DNA of 63,481 nucleotides, filler included, from Octopus bimaculoides (Eukaryota): the NCBI RefSeq assembly GCF_001194135.2. It is 4 parts of 4 records of this genome, joined end to end, with 100 filler letters (N's around TTAATTAATTAA, not from the genome) between each part and the next. Parts side by side here need not be neighbours in the genome. Positions count along the whole stretch, not along the records: positions 24,317 to 43,997 come from NC_068998.1; positions 44,098 to 60,172 come from NC_068986.1; 2 more parts are not named here. One strand, given 5' to 3'. Position 1 is the first letter of the stretch, and each line of letters opens with the position of its first letter. Of the stretch, positions 39,019-51,282 are shown piece after piece. A model generated the notes under the pieces. That model was not told the origin of the DNA. It was given only the letters and a program-made list of their open reading frames with translations, and did not search any database. A program made the position numbers and the translations under genes.

Positions 39019-39232
39019 AGGTGGCGAGCTTGCAGAATCGTTAGCACGCTGGGCGAAATGCTTAGCGGTATTTTGTCTGTCGCTACGTTCTGAGTTCAAA
39101 TTCCTCCCACGTCAACTTTGCCTTTCATCCTTTCGGTCCGATGAAATAAATACCAGTTATGCACTGAGGTTGATGTAACCGACTAGCTCCTTCCCCACAA
39201 TAGCAGGTTTTGTGTCTCCCGTTGAAAGGAGT
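39019..39232 (+). mobile_element. SINE family A inserted in the (TTA)n tail of a previous SINE A (3' end at 38897-38922)
   Basis: aaggtggcgagcttgcagaatcgttagcacgctgggcgaaatgcttagcgg...gagttcaaattcc...; (TTA)n on both sides. Confidence 0.9.
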
Positions 39233-39670
39233 ATTATTATTATTATTATTGTAGCTGTTTTTGCCTTCGTTAGTAGTAATAGTATTAGTATTAGTAGTAG
39301 TAGTAGTAGTAGCTGTAGTCGCCGTCGTCGTAGTAGTAGTATCCTCACTCCCTTTTCTCACTTCTGTCCACTAATTTTACTGTACAAATACACGATTATG
39401 TCAAACACTGAAACACTTCTCCCTTAGCATTGTCCTCTCCTATCTATCAACTAAACTAAATATCTATTTACATAAATATCATTCAAATACTCTCCTTCTC
39501 TCAGTCACTCTTTCTCTCTCCCTCTCACTCTTTCTTGCACTATCTTTCTTTCTATTACACTCATTCTTTGTCTCGCATTATTTTCTCGCCATCTACTCTT
39601 TCAGTATTCGTCTTTCGCTCTTTCCCTTCCCTGTCGATCTCTGTCGGTCTCTGTCACAGTTTGTAGCACT

Positions 39671-39794
39671 CTTTCTATCTCTTTCTTTCTTTCTATCTCT
39701 TTCTTTCTTTCTATCTCTTTCTTTCTTTCTATCTCTTTCTTTCTTTCTATCTCTTTCTTTCTTTCTATCTCTTTCTTTCTTTCTATCTCTTTCT
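39671..39794. repeat. 18-bp pyrimidine minisatellite (ctttctttctttctatct)n running into a gap
   Basis: Direct reading; appears as (KKEIER)n in the ORF track. Confidence 0.95.
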
Positions 39795-40639
39795 NNNNNN
39801 NNNNNNNNNNNNNNNNNNNNNNNNNNNNNNNNNNNNNNNNNNNNNNNNNNNNNNNNNNNNNNNNNNNNNNNNNNNNNNNNNNNNNNNNNNNNNNNNNNNN
39901 NNNNNNNNNNNNNNNNNNNNNNNNNNNNNNNNNNNNNNNNNNNNNNNNNNNNNNNNNNNNNNNNNNNNNNNNNNNNNNNNNNNNNNNNNNNNNNNNNNNN
40001 NNNNNNNNNNNNNNNNNNNNNNNNNNNNNNNNNNNNNNNNNNNNNNNNNNNNNNNNNNNNNNNNNNNNNNNNNNNNNNNNNNNNNNNNNNNNNNNNNNNN
40101 NNNNNNNNNNNNNNNNNNNNNNNNNNNNNNNNNNNNNNNNNNNNNNNNNNNNNNNNNNNNNNNNNNNNNNNNNNNNNNNNNNNNNNNNNNNNNNNNNNNN
40201 NNNNNNNNNNNNNNNNNNNNNNNNNNNNNNNNNNNNNNNNNNNNNNNNNNNNNNNNNNNNNNNNNNNNNNNNNNNNNNNNNNNNNNNNNNNNNNNNNNNN
40301 NNNNNNNNNNNNNNNNNNNNNNNNNNNNNNNNNNNNNNNNNNNNNNNNNNNNNNNNNNNNNNNNNNNNNNNNNNNNNNNNNNNNNNNNNNNNNNNNNNNN
40401 NNNNNNNNNNNNNNNNNNNNNNNNNNNNNNNNNNGAACACGGAAGCTGGCAAATGATTGCTGACAAGCTGAAAATAGTGGTGGGAGACCCTAGTTGCTTT
40501 CTAGCTTTCACGTTGTACACACCCTTGCTCGTATTCACTGTGCCTTCGCTCGAAATTTTTGAGTGACGCATTGCCATTAGAAAAAGAAATTAAATTCGTA
40601 CACCGACATTTCACTGTGTGCATTAAACCATATTTATCA

Positions 40640-41280
40640 TTCACAGGATGGGGAGATAGATATCGAAAGGAAGTAGACACTAAATTGCAATCCTTCAAAC
40701 GAACCATTGGACAATTTCTTTATATTCAGGCTATATGCCAAAACGGTTCTGATTACAATCTGTCATCCCAGTCTTCAGAAAGGGAAACAAGTCTCTTGCA
40801 GTTAACTATCGCCCAATTTCATCACCTCCAGTATCATCAACATGTTCGAAAGTTTAGTGAGATCAAGGATAACTGGCTCCTGAAGAGCAACAACCTTTCT
40901 AAGTTCCAACCTGCATGGCTTCCGCTGCAGCAGGGACTGCCTAACACAGCTCTTACATCATATACATCGATGATGTCCTTAAAGCGTTGAGATCAATTTC
41001 GGTCGGTTGGAGTGCTGATATCAACAATAAATTCGATATGGCTCGCAGGATAAGCCCCCCCGGATCTTCAGTTCCAAAGCTAGAATACTGCTTCTCACAC
41101 CAAATAATTACCAAACATTACGATAATTGAGTCGCCCAAGAGAATAATTACTAAAAAATAAAAAAGCATGACTGATTTTGATAATTTGGATGGCCTAAAA
41201 TCATCGGAGTTTTACTCTCTCCAGCGGCGTCGTAAGCGCTGCTCAATTTTCACATTGCGGAGAATATACCACTAGCATTT
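40640..41280 (+). mobile_element. CR1/L2-like LINE RT remnant with deletions
   Basis: IPVFRKGNKSLAVNYRPIS, frameshift, MFESLVR...LHGFRCSRDCLTQLLHHI.DDVLKAL; then FYSLQRRRKR near 41215. Confidence 0.8.
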
Positions 41281-42813
41281 CCTAAACGAACTTAACATGA
41301 GATTCAGAATTTATCCAAGGCTGNNNNNNNNNNNNNNNNNNNNNNNNNNNNNNNNNNNNNNNNNNNNNNNNNNNNNNNNNNNNNNNNNNNNNNNNNNNNN
41401 NNNNNNNNNNNNNNNNNNNNNNNNNNNNNNNNNNNNNNNNNNNNNNNNNNNNNNNNNNNNNNNNNNNNNNNNNNNNNNNNNNNNNNNNNNNNNNNNNNNN
41501 NNNNNNNNNNNNNNNNNNNNNNNNNNNNNNNNNNNNNNNNNNNNNNNNNNNNNNNNNNNNNNNNNNNNNNNNNNNNNNNNNNNNNNNNNNNNNNNNNNNN
41601 NNNNNNNNNNNNNNNNNNNNNNNNNNNNNNNNNNNNNNNNNNNNNNNNNNNNNNNNNNNNNNNNNNNNNNNNNNNNNNNNNNNNNNNNNNNNNNNNNNNN
41701 NNNNNNNNNNNNNNNNNNNNNNNNNNNNNNNNNNNNNNNNNNNNNNNNNNNNNNNNNNNNNNNNNNNNNNNNNNNNNNNNNNNNNNNNNNNNNNNNNNNN
41801 NNNNNNNNNNNNNNNNNNNNNNNNNNNNNNNNNNNNNNNNNNNNNNNNNNNNNNNNNNNNNNNNNNNNNNNNNNNNNNNNNNNNNNNNNNNNNNNNNNNN
41901 NNNNNNNNNNNNNNNNNNNNNNNNNNNNNNNNNNNNNNNNNNNNNNNNNNNNNNNNNNNNNNNNNNNNNNNNNNNNNNNNNNNNNNNNNNNNNNNNNNNN
42001 NNNNNNNNNNNNNNNNNNNNNNNNNNNNNNNNNNNNNNNNNNNNNNNNNNNNNNNNNNNNNNNNNNNNNNNNNNNNNNNNNNNNNNNNNNNNNNNNNNNN
42101 NNNNNNNNNNNNNNNNNNNNNNNNNTATATATATATTCCCAATGTTTCTGAATATACTGCAAATGATTTTGAATTCACAAGACGTATACAAGTTGTCAAT
42201 AAGCTATTTAGCCCGTTATAAATTACGATAAAACTATGAAATTTAGGTAATGCTGCAACAAGTAGATATACAGAAGTATATCTAATACATACAAGCACAG
42301 TCAAATCGTGTATCATTAAAATGGTTGTATGTAGAAATACAAACAAAACCTTCAGCAAAAAGACAATCGAATAATATTCAAATTGAACTAATCTTATATT
42401 CACTCGCAACCCCGAATAAGTATAAGTGCCAAGATGTAAGCATGACATGGATTGGTGTTTGATATCTAATTCCCTCTATTCGTGAGTAGATTTAAAGTAC
42501 ACGAACAAAGTTAGATTTAACTGAAGCACAGAGCAATATGTTTTAAATTAGTTATAAGAATGTCTTTGTTATATCCGTTATCTCTACATTAAAATCTTTA
42601 GAGCATTGTAAATTAATGTCAAAGTTACGATAACTAAATTAAAAAAGACATCACTCCAGGTGTATAAAATCATACGCATATGAATATATATATATATATA
42701 TACATGTATGTATGTATATATACACACACATATACATGTCTTTATAAGAGTGCATTGATGTTCTTATGTATGTCTCTTTATATGTCTCTCTCTTTCTCTT
42801 TATCTCTCTCTCA

Positions 42814-42854
<41 letters not shown>

Positions 42855-43332
42855 TATGTATGTGTGTATATATGTATAATTATACATAAATATACACGTA
42901 TAAATGCACATATTCATATATAGAATCAACAGATGTATAGAAACATTCAAATGTTTAACTTCACATTTCATTATATTATTTAAGCATAGAGAGAGCACTA
43001 GAAGGCAACGGGCTGCCGGTATTATGATCATATGTGTATTTGACTTCATGCAAGAAGGGAAAGCTGAACGGTAAATATACTGCATAAAGAAAATGTTCGT
43101 GTATTAAGGAAAATGCCCACCACCTCTGCTGTTGTTGAACTAAACAAAGCTACTCACTCACACACAAACACACACAAGGACACACATTGAAGAAAAACGA
43201 ATGTATTTTTCAAAATGTCACTGAACACATTTCAATAGTGTCTTTTATTAAAAATTCTAAGTCAATTGCACTGCATTGTTACGTTGTAACTTTAACTACT
43301 AGATCTCATTAGGTGATAGTGTGTGACTGAGT

Positions 43333-43405
<73 letters not shown>

Positions 43406-43749
43406 AGAAACACACGCAGATTAAAAGAGAGGAACTGCCACAGAGGGTGAGAGATAATGTGTGTAAGGAAGTGAAACAGAGAATGAGAAAAAGAGAGAGA
43501 AAAGGGACAATCGGTTGAAAACTGCACACAGTTGTAGAGAAAATACCGTGTAAAACACTGTTTTCCCGGTTTCTCGCTCTACGCGGGAGCTATGAAGAAA
43601 ATGTTACAGTGCATGAGCTTGGCACATAAGTAAAGTGTGTGTAAAATTTGGTGGACCATGACAAAAGAGAGTTCATTCATATTGTAGGGTATGTGTTGTT
43701 TCTCGTATAGAAACTGAAACAATCAGTTTGTATCACGATTCTCGTTTCA

Positions 43750-43801
<52 letters not shown>

Positions 43802-43957
43802 CATACACACAACACACACACCTACACACACACATGTATACACACACACACACGCACACACATGCACGCTCCCACGCAGACACACACATATAGTTCGAAA
43901 TTTAAATAAAACACAAAAATTAGAAGATAGAAAAAGATGAGGAAACAATGAACACAC

Positions 43958-43997
<40 letters not shown>

Positions 43998-44097
43998 NNN
44001 NNNNNNNNNNNNNNNNNNNNNNNNNNNNNNNNNNNNNNNNNTTAATTAATTAANNNNNNNNNNNNNNNNNNNNNNNNNNNNNNNNNNNNNNNNNNNN

Positions 44098-45645
44098 GAA
44101 TGAACGTACGATTCTAACGAATGAACTAACGAATGAACATATGTAGGTACGTAAGTATGTAAGAACGAACGAAAGAACGAACGTAAGTAGGTACGTAAGT
44201 ACGTACGTGAGTACGTACTTATGGACGAAGGAACGAACGTACGTCAGTAGGTACGTACTTGCGAACGAATGGACAAACGAAAGAACGAACGTACGTACGT
44301 ACGTACGTACGTACGAAGGAAAGAACGAACGTACGAACGTACGTACGAACGAACGAACGAACGAACGTACGTACGTAAGTTCGTACGAACGAATAAAAGA
44401 AAGAACTAACTAACGAACGTACGCACGTATGTGCGAATGAATGAACGAACCTATCAATGAACGATCGACCGAACGAACGTACATACGTATGTAAGTACGT
44501 ACAAACGAACGAACGAACGTACGCACGTACGTATGAACGACCGATCGAACGAACAAACGTAAGTAAGTACGAATGTACGAAGGAAGGAACGAGCGAAGTT
44601 ACGTACGTACGTATGTATGAATGATGGAACGAACGAAATTACGTACCTACGTATGTAAGAATGACTGAACGAACGAAGGAACGAACAAAAGAATAAACGA
44701 ACGAACCTACTTTCTTACGTACGAACGAACGAACGTTCGAACAAACGTAAGTAAGTACAAATGTACAAACGTACGAATGAACGAAGTTACGTACGTACGT
44801 ATGTATGAAAGATCGAACGAACGAACGAACGAACTAACGAACAAACGAACGACCGAACGTACATAATGTACGTACGTACGTAGGTACATACGAACGAACG
44901 AACGAATGCACATACCTACGTACGTACGTACGTACGAACGAACGAACAAAAGAATTACTGAACGATGAAGGAACGAACGAACGAATTAAAGAACGAATGT
45001 ACATACGTATGTAGGTATTGAGAAACGAGCGAACGAACGATCGAACGTAAGTACGTGAGTACATACGAACGAACGATCGAACGAACGTACGTACGTACGT
45101 ATTACGTAGGGAGGAAATATCGAACGAACGTAAGTACGAATGAACGAACGAACGAATGGACGAACGAACGAAAAAGTACGAACGAACGAATGATCGAATG
45201 AACAAACATACGTTTATACGTAAGTACGAACGATCGAACGAACGTACGTACGTAAGTACGTACAAACGAACGCGACGATCGAAGGAACGAAAGAACAAAC
45301 AAACGAACATACGTACGTACGAACGAACGAACGAACGAACAAAAGAATTACTGAACGATGAACGAATGAACAAACGAACGAATGAATTAAAGAACGAATG
45401 TACATACGTATGTAGGTATTGAGAAATGAGCGTATCTACGTACGTATTACGTAGGCACGAAATATCGAACGAACGTAAGTACGAACGAACGTAAGTACGA
45501 ACGAACGTAAGTACGAACGAACGTAAGTACGAACGTACGTACATAAGTACGTACAAACGAACGCGACGATCGAAGGAACAAATGAACAAGCAAACGAACA
45601 ATCGTACGTACGAACGAACGTAGTACGTACAAACGAATGAACTTA
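44098..45645. repeat. CpG-rich compound (GAAC)/(GTAC) satellite with higher-order repeats
   Basis: Alternating ACGA and ACGT tetramers over 1.55 kb; marker blocks recur at 340-390 bp spacing. Confidence 0.95.
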
Positions 45646-47154
45646 CGTTCGTTCCGGATTTCCATGGCTTTGCTAGGTTTTTCTAATAGGTTAAACATGG
45701 CTTCGGTCAATACTGCCCGAAACCTATCAAAGTGTCAAAGTATCCGCGTGTATTTGTCATATAGAAATTTAGATTTTCAGAAATAAGCTAGTAATTATGA
45801 ATTACATGGTGATTATAACATTAATTGCCCCGTAGTTCCATGGCAGTTTCAACGTTATGTTCATGAGTTCAGACATATGGAGTATAAATGAATAGAAAAT
45901 GTTAGTTTAAAATATATGTACGATGAGTAAAGGAAATATTGATTTCGTATTGATTGCGTGAAGTTGGGCGTATGTGTGTGTGTGTGAGTGTTTGTGTGTG
46001 CATGTGCATGGTGCTTGTGTTCAGGTATGTACGTAGGTGTCTAATTTTATTTAATATTATTTAGCATCAAGGCTGAGGAAGAGATTTAGAAGGTTCTGTT
46101 GTGAAGCCGTTGTCGGACATCCTGTGCTAACTACCTGTGTGAAGCTTCTAAATCACTGACCTCTTCCTCCCAGTAAAAGTAAAATACATACAGGTGGCTC
46201 TGTATCCCAAAATTTCGGGACTTGTGCCCAGAGTATTGAAGGAAAAAAAGTATCGATATATACATACCGTCATGTATATATATATATATATATATANNNN
46301 NNNNNNNNNNNNNNNNNNNNNNNNNNNNNNNNNNNNNNNNNNNNNNNNNNNNNNNNNNNNNNNNNNNNNNNNNNNNNNNNNNNNNNNNNNNNNNNNNNNN
46401 NNNNNNNNNNNNNNNNNNNNNNNNNNNNNNNNNNNNNNNNNNNNNNNNNNNNNNNNNNNNNNNNNNNNNNNNNNNNNNNNNNNNNNNNNNNNNNNNNNNN
46501 NNNNNNNNNNNNNNNNNNNNNNNNNNNNNNNNNNNNNNNNNNNNNNNNNNNNNNNNNNNNNNNNNNNNNNNNNNNNNATATATATGTGTGTGTGCGCGTC
46601 TGTGTGTGTGTGTCTCTGTGTGTACGTGTGATAGTGTTCCGTTTTATTTTTATATATATTTATTTTCTGACTCCAGCTACGAGAAATCTTGTAACTGATT
46701 CTTCTAAGATCTCATAGCAACAGATCCTGTCAACTCATTCTCTACACATTTCGGCTCCTTTTCAGTTTCGTCGTGGCTAGTACCGTTCATTGTCAGTAGA
46801 TGACAGATAAAATTAATTTTGTTGGAACCATTGTGTCGTTGTCATTAGAGATGGTGTTGTGATATTTATTGATTTCAGTTCTTCACGCATACGCATGAAT
46901 CCATGAATCACGGTAAAATTACTTGTAGCAGAGTTATAGACATAGAAATGTTGTCACATATTATACTCGGATAAAGAAATGCAGTAACTCAATGAATCAT
47001 ATTTAACGAATTCAGGGACAAGACTATGATTTATTTCCAATCATACATATTTTGAAGTGTAGTTTGTTTCTATGCATATTTTGTTATATTGCTAGAAGCA
47101 ATGATACAGAGAAGATAAGGTTAATGTTAATGAAGAGGATTGAAATTCTGGGAA

Positions 47155-47465
47155 AGGCTGAAAGAATTGGCCAAGTGGTTAGAACAGCGGACTCGCAGTC
47201 GAGGGATCGCGGGTTCGAATCTCAGACCGGCAAGCATGTGTGTTTATGAGCGAAACACCTTATCTCTACGTGGCTCCGTTTGAAGGTAATAGCGAACTTC
47301 TGCTGACACCTTTTCCACAACTTTCTCTCACCCCTTCCTCCTGCATCTAGCAACTCACCGGCGTCCCTTTCAGTGGGAGAATCCTATACACCAATGAGAC
47401 CGGAAAACCGGCCCTTATGAGCTACTACTCGCTCGAGAAGAAACAAGCAACAACAAGCAACAACC
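47155..47465 (+). mobile_element. Complete tRNA-derived SINE (family C) with (CAA)n-like tail
   Basis: A box TGGCCAAGTGG, B box GGTTCGAATCTC, 3' end gagaccggaaaaccggcccttatgagc...gagaagaaacaagcaacaacaagcaacaac. Confidence 0.85.
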
Positions 47466-48100
47466 CTAAAGCGATAGCAGAAAAGATATCTAGTGATATA
47501 CATATGGAAGATCACGGATGAGCTGGCACCAGAGTTTTTCGAGGATTAAACAAAATCTTGCAGAAGAATGATCAGCACAAACACAAATGTCGCAACTACC
47601 TGATCTAGAGGAAGGATCAAATGCTCAAATGGTTTGACTTTCCAGCTGTTTAATAATTCGAATCAGATCAGCAATATCAACTATCACAATCATCAAAACC
47701 TAGCATATTACGAATGCTCATAGAAAATGTGATGAAAATGGCGATGCCTCAGCATACCACATAAAGGAATAAATGAAGGGTAGTACTATACGCATTGTAT
47801 TTGAAAAATGTAATGCATATAATAGTTGATATTGCCGACCTCTTTATCTCTTACATGTTTCAGTCATGAGACTGCGGTCATGCTAAGGCACCGCCTTGAA
47901 GAAAGTAACTTGAACAACTCCATATCGACTATTTATTTTTGTAAATCTAGTACTGCTTCTATCGGTCTTCGTTTTTCCCGAAACGCTGAGTTACGGAGAC
48001 GGATAAAAACGAACACCGGTCGTCAAGCGGTGGGTGGAGGGATAAACACACACACACAAAATATTTTTACATATATACATACACACACACACATATATAT

Positions 48101-48131
<31 letters not shown>

Positions 48132-48539
48132 CTTACGATCTGACGAGTAGCTATATTTTTGAACAGAATTTATTTTCGATAATTTCAATTGATTTTAATC
48201 GATTTAAATTTCTTTTCTATTTAAAAATTGGTTATGAAACACGTGTAATCTTTTTATTATATTTATCTTATGATATTTAGTTTACTTTATATTATACTCA
48301 TTTATTGTGCTTTTAATTATTAATTTTTCTATATGTGANNNNNNNNNNNNNNNNNNNNNNNNNNNNNNNNNNNNNNNNNNNNNNNNNNNNNNNNNNNNNN
48401 NNNNNNNNNNNNNNNNNNNNNNNNNNNNNNNNNNNNNNNNNNNNNNNNNNNNNNNNNNNNNNNNNNNNNNNNNNNNNNNNNNNNNNNNNNNNNNNNNNNA
48501 TATATATATATATATATATATATATTTCATTATAATTAA

Positions 48540-48770
48540 GGGTATCTGGAAGATACGAACATGCTAGAGATAACAGTCAAAGATTGATTATAAAACCACA
48601 TCGAGTATTCAGTATTCATACAGCACCAGGAGAAAAAAGACAAAGAGACAAATAAACCAGCAAAAATTTGTTTCCTTGTCTTTTCTCCTGGTGCTGTATG
48701 AACACATGATGTGGTTTTAGAGTCAAGCTTTGACTGCTATCACTAGCATGGTGCTATCTTTTAGATACCC
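48540..48770. mobile_element. Palindromic MITE with TTAA target-site duplication and GG...CC termini (Kolobok-like)
   Basis: TTAA(48536-48539) GGGTATCT ... AGATACCC TTAA(48771-48774); the arms pair over about 100 bp. TTAA TSD with RR...YY ends is the Kolobok pattern, whereas piggyBac ends are CC...GG. Confidence 0.7.
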
Positions 48771-49881
48771 TTAATCATAATTTTAATAATAATTATTACC
48801 TTTGTGGTTTTTATTCTTATACTGACCACTTGATATGATCGATATTTTAAATAACGATCTCATCCTTATTTATATGAATAAACATATATTCTTTTGTTTT
48901 CTGCCTGCTAAATCGACTCACAAGGCTTCGTTCGGCTTGAGACTATAGTATAAAATACTTGCCGAAGTTGCCACAAAGTTGGACTGTACTAGGAAACATG
49001 TAATTGGAAATAAACATATTACCATACACCTGCGCCTTATTCAACGTATTTGGGAAACTCATCATGCTTTATTTCAAGTGTATTATCAATTGTTCCTTTA
49101 TTTTCTGGAAGAAATGATTGACATATTAAATATTAGAGTTAAAGAAATATACTTTCAAGAAATATTTCCGATTAAAATTGCGAACGTTCAAACTACGAGA
49201 CTTAAATTGAGATATATTTGCTTGGGGATAGTCGATGGTCTTTGGAAACTATGGTGTTATCCCCAGGCGTGATTCGTTCTTAATACATCACCTAAAGGAA
49301 AGGTAGAGCATGATTAAAATTGTTGGGATATATTTCGACATTATCCTGCACAACCAACAATGCCTGTAGGATAACAAACATGCAAAAGCGATATAATTGT
49401 GAGAGAAAATATAAATAAATCGACAACAATAACAGTGATACATCTCGTAACGATAAAAAGTAATTTACACGTAATGTGCTGTAAGTTAAACACTTTCCCA
49501 AAATGTAACGGTCACGCTGGAGCGCTTTTGATCACAGATATTTATTTCTTATCAATGGTAGTGTTGAGGCTCGTTGAACATCGTTTCTTAAGCAGGTGAG
49601 TTAAAACAACAACGAGAGCAACAACAGCTGCGAAAACAATGACATTGGCAAAAGGTGCAATATTCTAATTGCCAAAAGAATATTGGCAAACATAACAAAA
49701 TAGAAGTTACAGCAAAACAACATAAAAATTAGAACAATAAAATAAATGACATGCCAATGATTTCGATATCAAGACAATAAGAGGAACGGTAAAGAAAATC
49801 ATTTAGAATAGCCAGGGATATTTCGTCATATCTATATCAGCAAATGCCACTGCAGCAATGGAATAACGATATTAATTCTAT

Positions 49882-49925
<44 letters not shown>

Positions 49926-49941
49926 ACACCAGTACCACCAT

Positions 49942-50031
<90 letters not shown>

Positions 50032-50189
50032 CATTATCACTTTAATTGGCAAAAGAGAGAAGCAGAGGAATACAGCCTAGGGTGGTATATAAAAATGCCG
50101 TCGAGCCATTGTTGAATCGTACGAATAAGGCCAACGTCACCAAAACTGAAAATTGTGTAATGAAAACAAAAATTTAACGAAGAAATGAC

Positions 50190-50680
50190 CATAAAAGAAT
50201 AAGATCATGTAAGGATAAATGTACGGTCAGTCTGCAAGAGATGTGAAAATACAGAGGACCGGTCGATATGGATGAGGAGGAGTGACCTAAAAATTGAGAT
50301 AGAACCACTCACATGTGCAGCTCGAGAACAAGCATTAAGGACCAACTATGTGAAGTGCAGAATAGACAACACTACCGACAGTGACAAATGCAGAATGTGT
50401 GGTGAGAGGGGTGAAGCGGTAAGCCACATCGTTAGCGAATTCCCGAAATTGGCACGACACCAATATACAAGGCGTTATGACCAATGTGGCAAGCATGATC
50501 CAGTGGGAGGTCTGTGGAAATCATGGCCTGCAAAGAGTATAGACGTGGTATGAGCATACTCCAGAAGGAGTCACCGAAAATGAGACATTGTTCTGGTGAA
50601 TAAAAAAAAAAGAACATGTATGATTATCGACACAGTATGCTCTGGTGAAAACAGGATCAATGTGAAAAGAAGGAAATCTA
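50190..50680 (+). mobile_element. R4/Dong-like retrotransposon, CCHC region, frameshifted
   Basis: WMRRSDLKIEIEPLTCAAREQALRTNYVKCRIDNTTDSDKCRMCGERGEAVSHIVSEFPKLA..QYTRR, then WYEHTPEGVTENE. Confidence 0.88.
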
Positions 50681-50734
50681 ACAAAAAAAATAAATAAATA
50701 AATAAATAAACAACTACGTCGATTTGAAGTCAGT

Positions 50735-51051
<317 letters not shown>

Positions 51052-51237
51052 TGACACGATGACGAAAAGTACCATTATTACCGCATCTTATACTGGAAGT
51101 GTTTCAAATCAACTCTGTGTGATGTCATTATTACTTTTTGCTGAAGCAATCGCCATCACCACAACTTAAACGATTACAGCAAAACCACAACCAATGCCAA
51201 TAGCAGCATAACTACCAAAAAAAAAAGCAAAACTGAT

Positions 51238-51282
<45 letters not shown>

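Noticed and set aside
44207-45710. RSFV/TNER-repeat ORFs up to 255 aa
   Set aside because: Translation of the tetranucleotide satellite; a 4-nt period cycling through frames is not coding evidence. It also has no repeat-spacer structure, so it is not a CRISPR array.
47155-47230. tRNA-Ala-like sequence
   Set aside because: No acceptor stem pairing, and it continues into a SINE body and tail.
48138-48165. CTGACGAGTAG hammerhead-like start
   Set aside because: No GAAA or closing stems downstream.
48979-49272. 97-aa ORF in unique AT-rich DNA
   Set aside because: Starts at TTG, no motif recognised, length compatible with chance.
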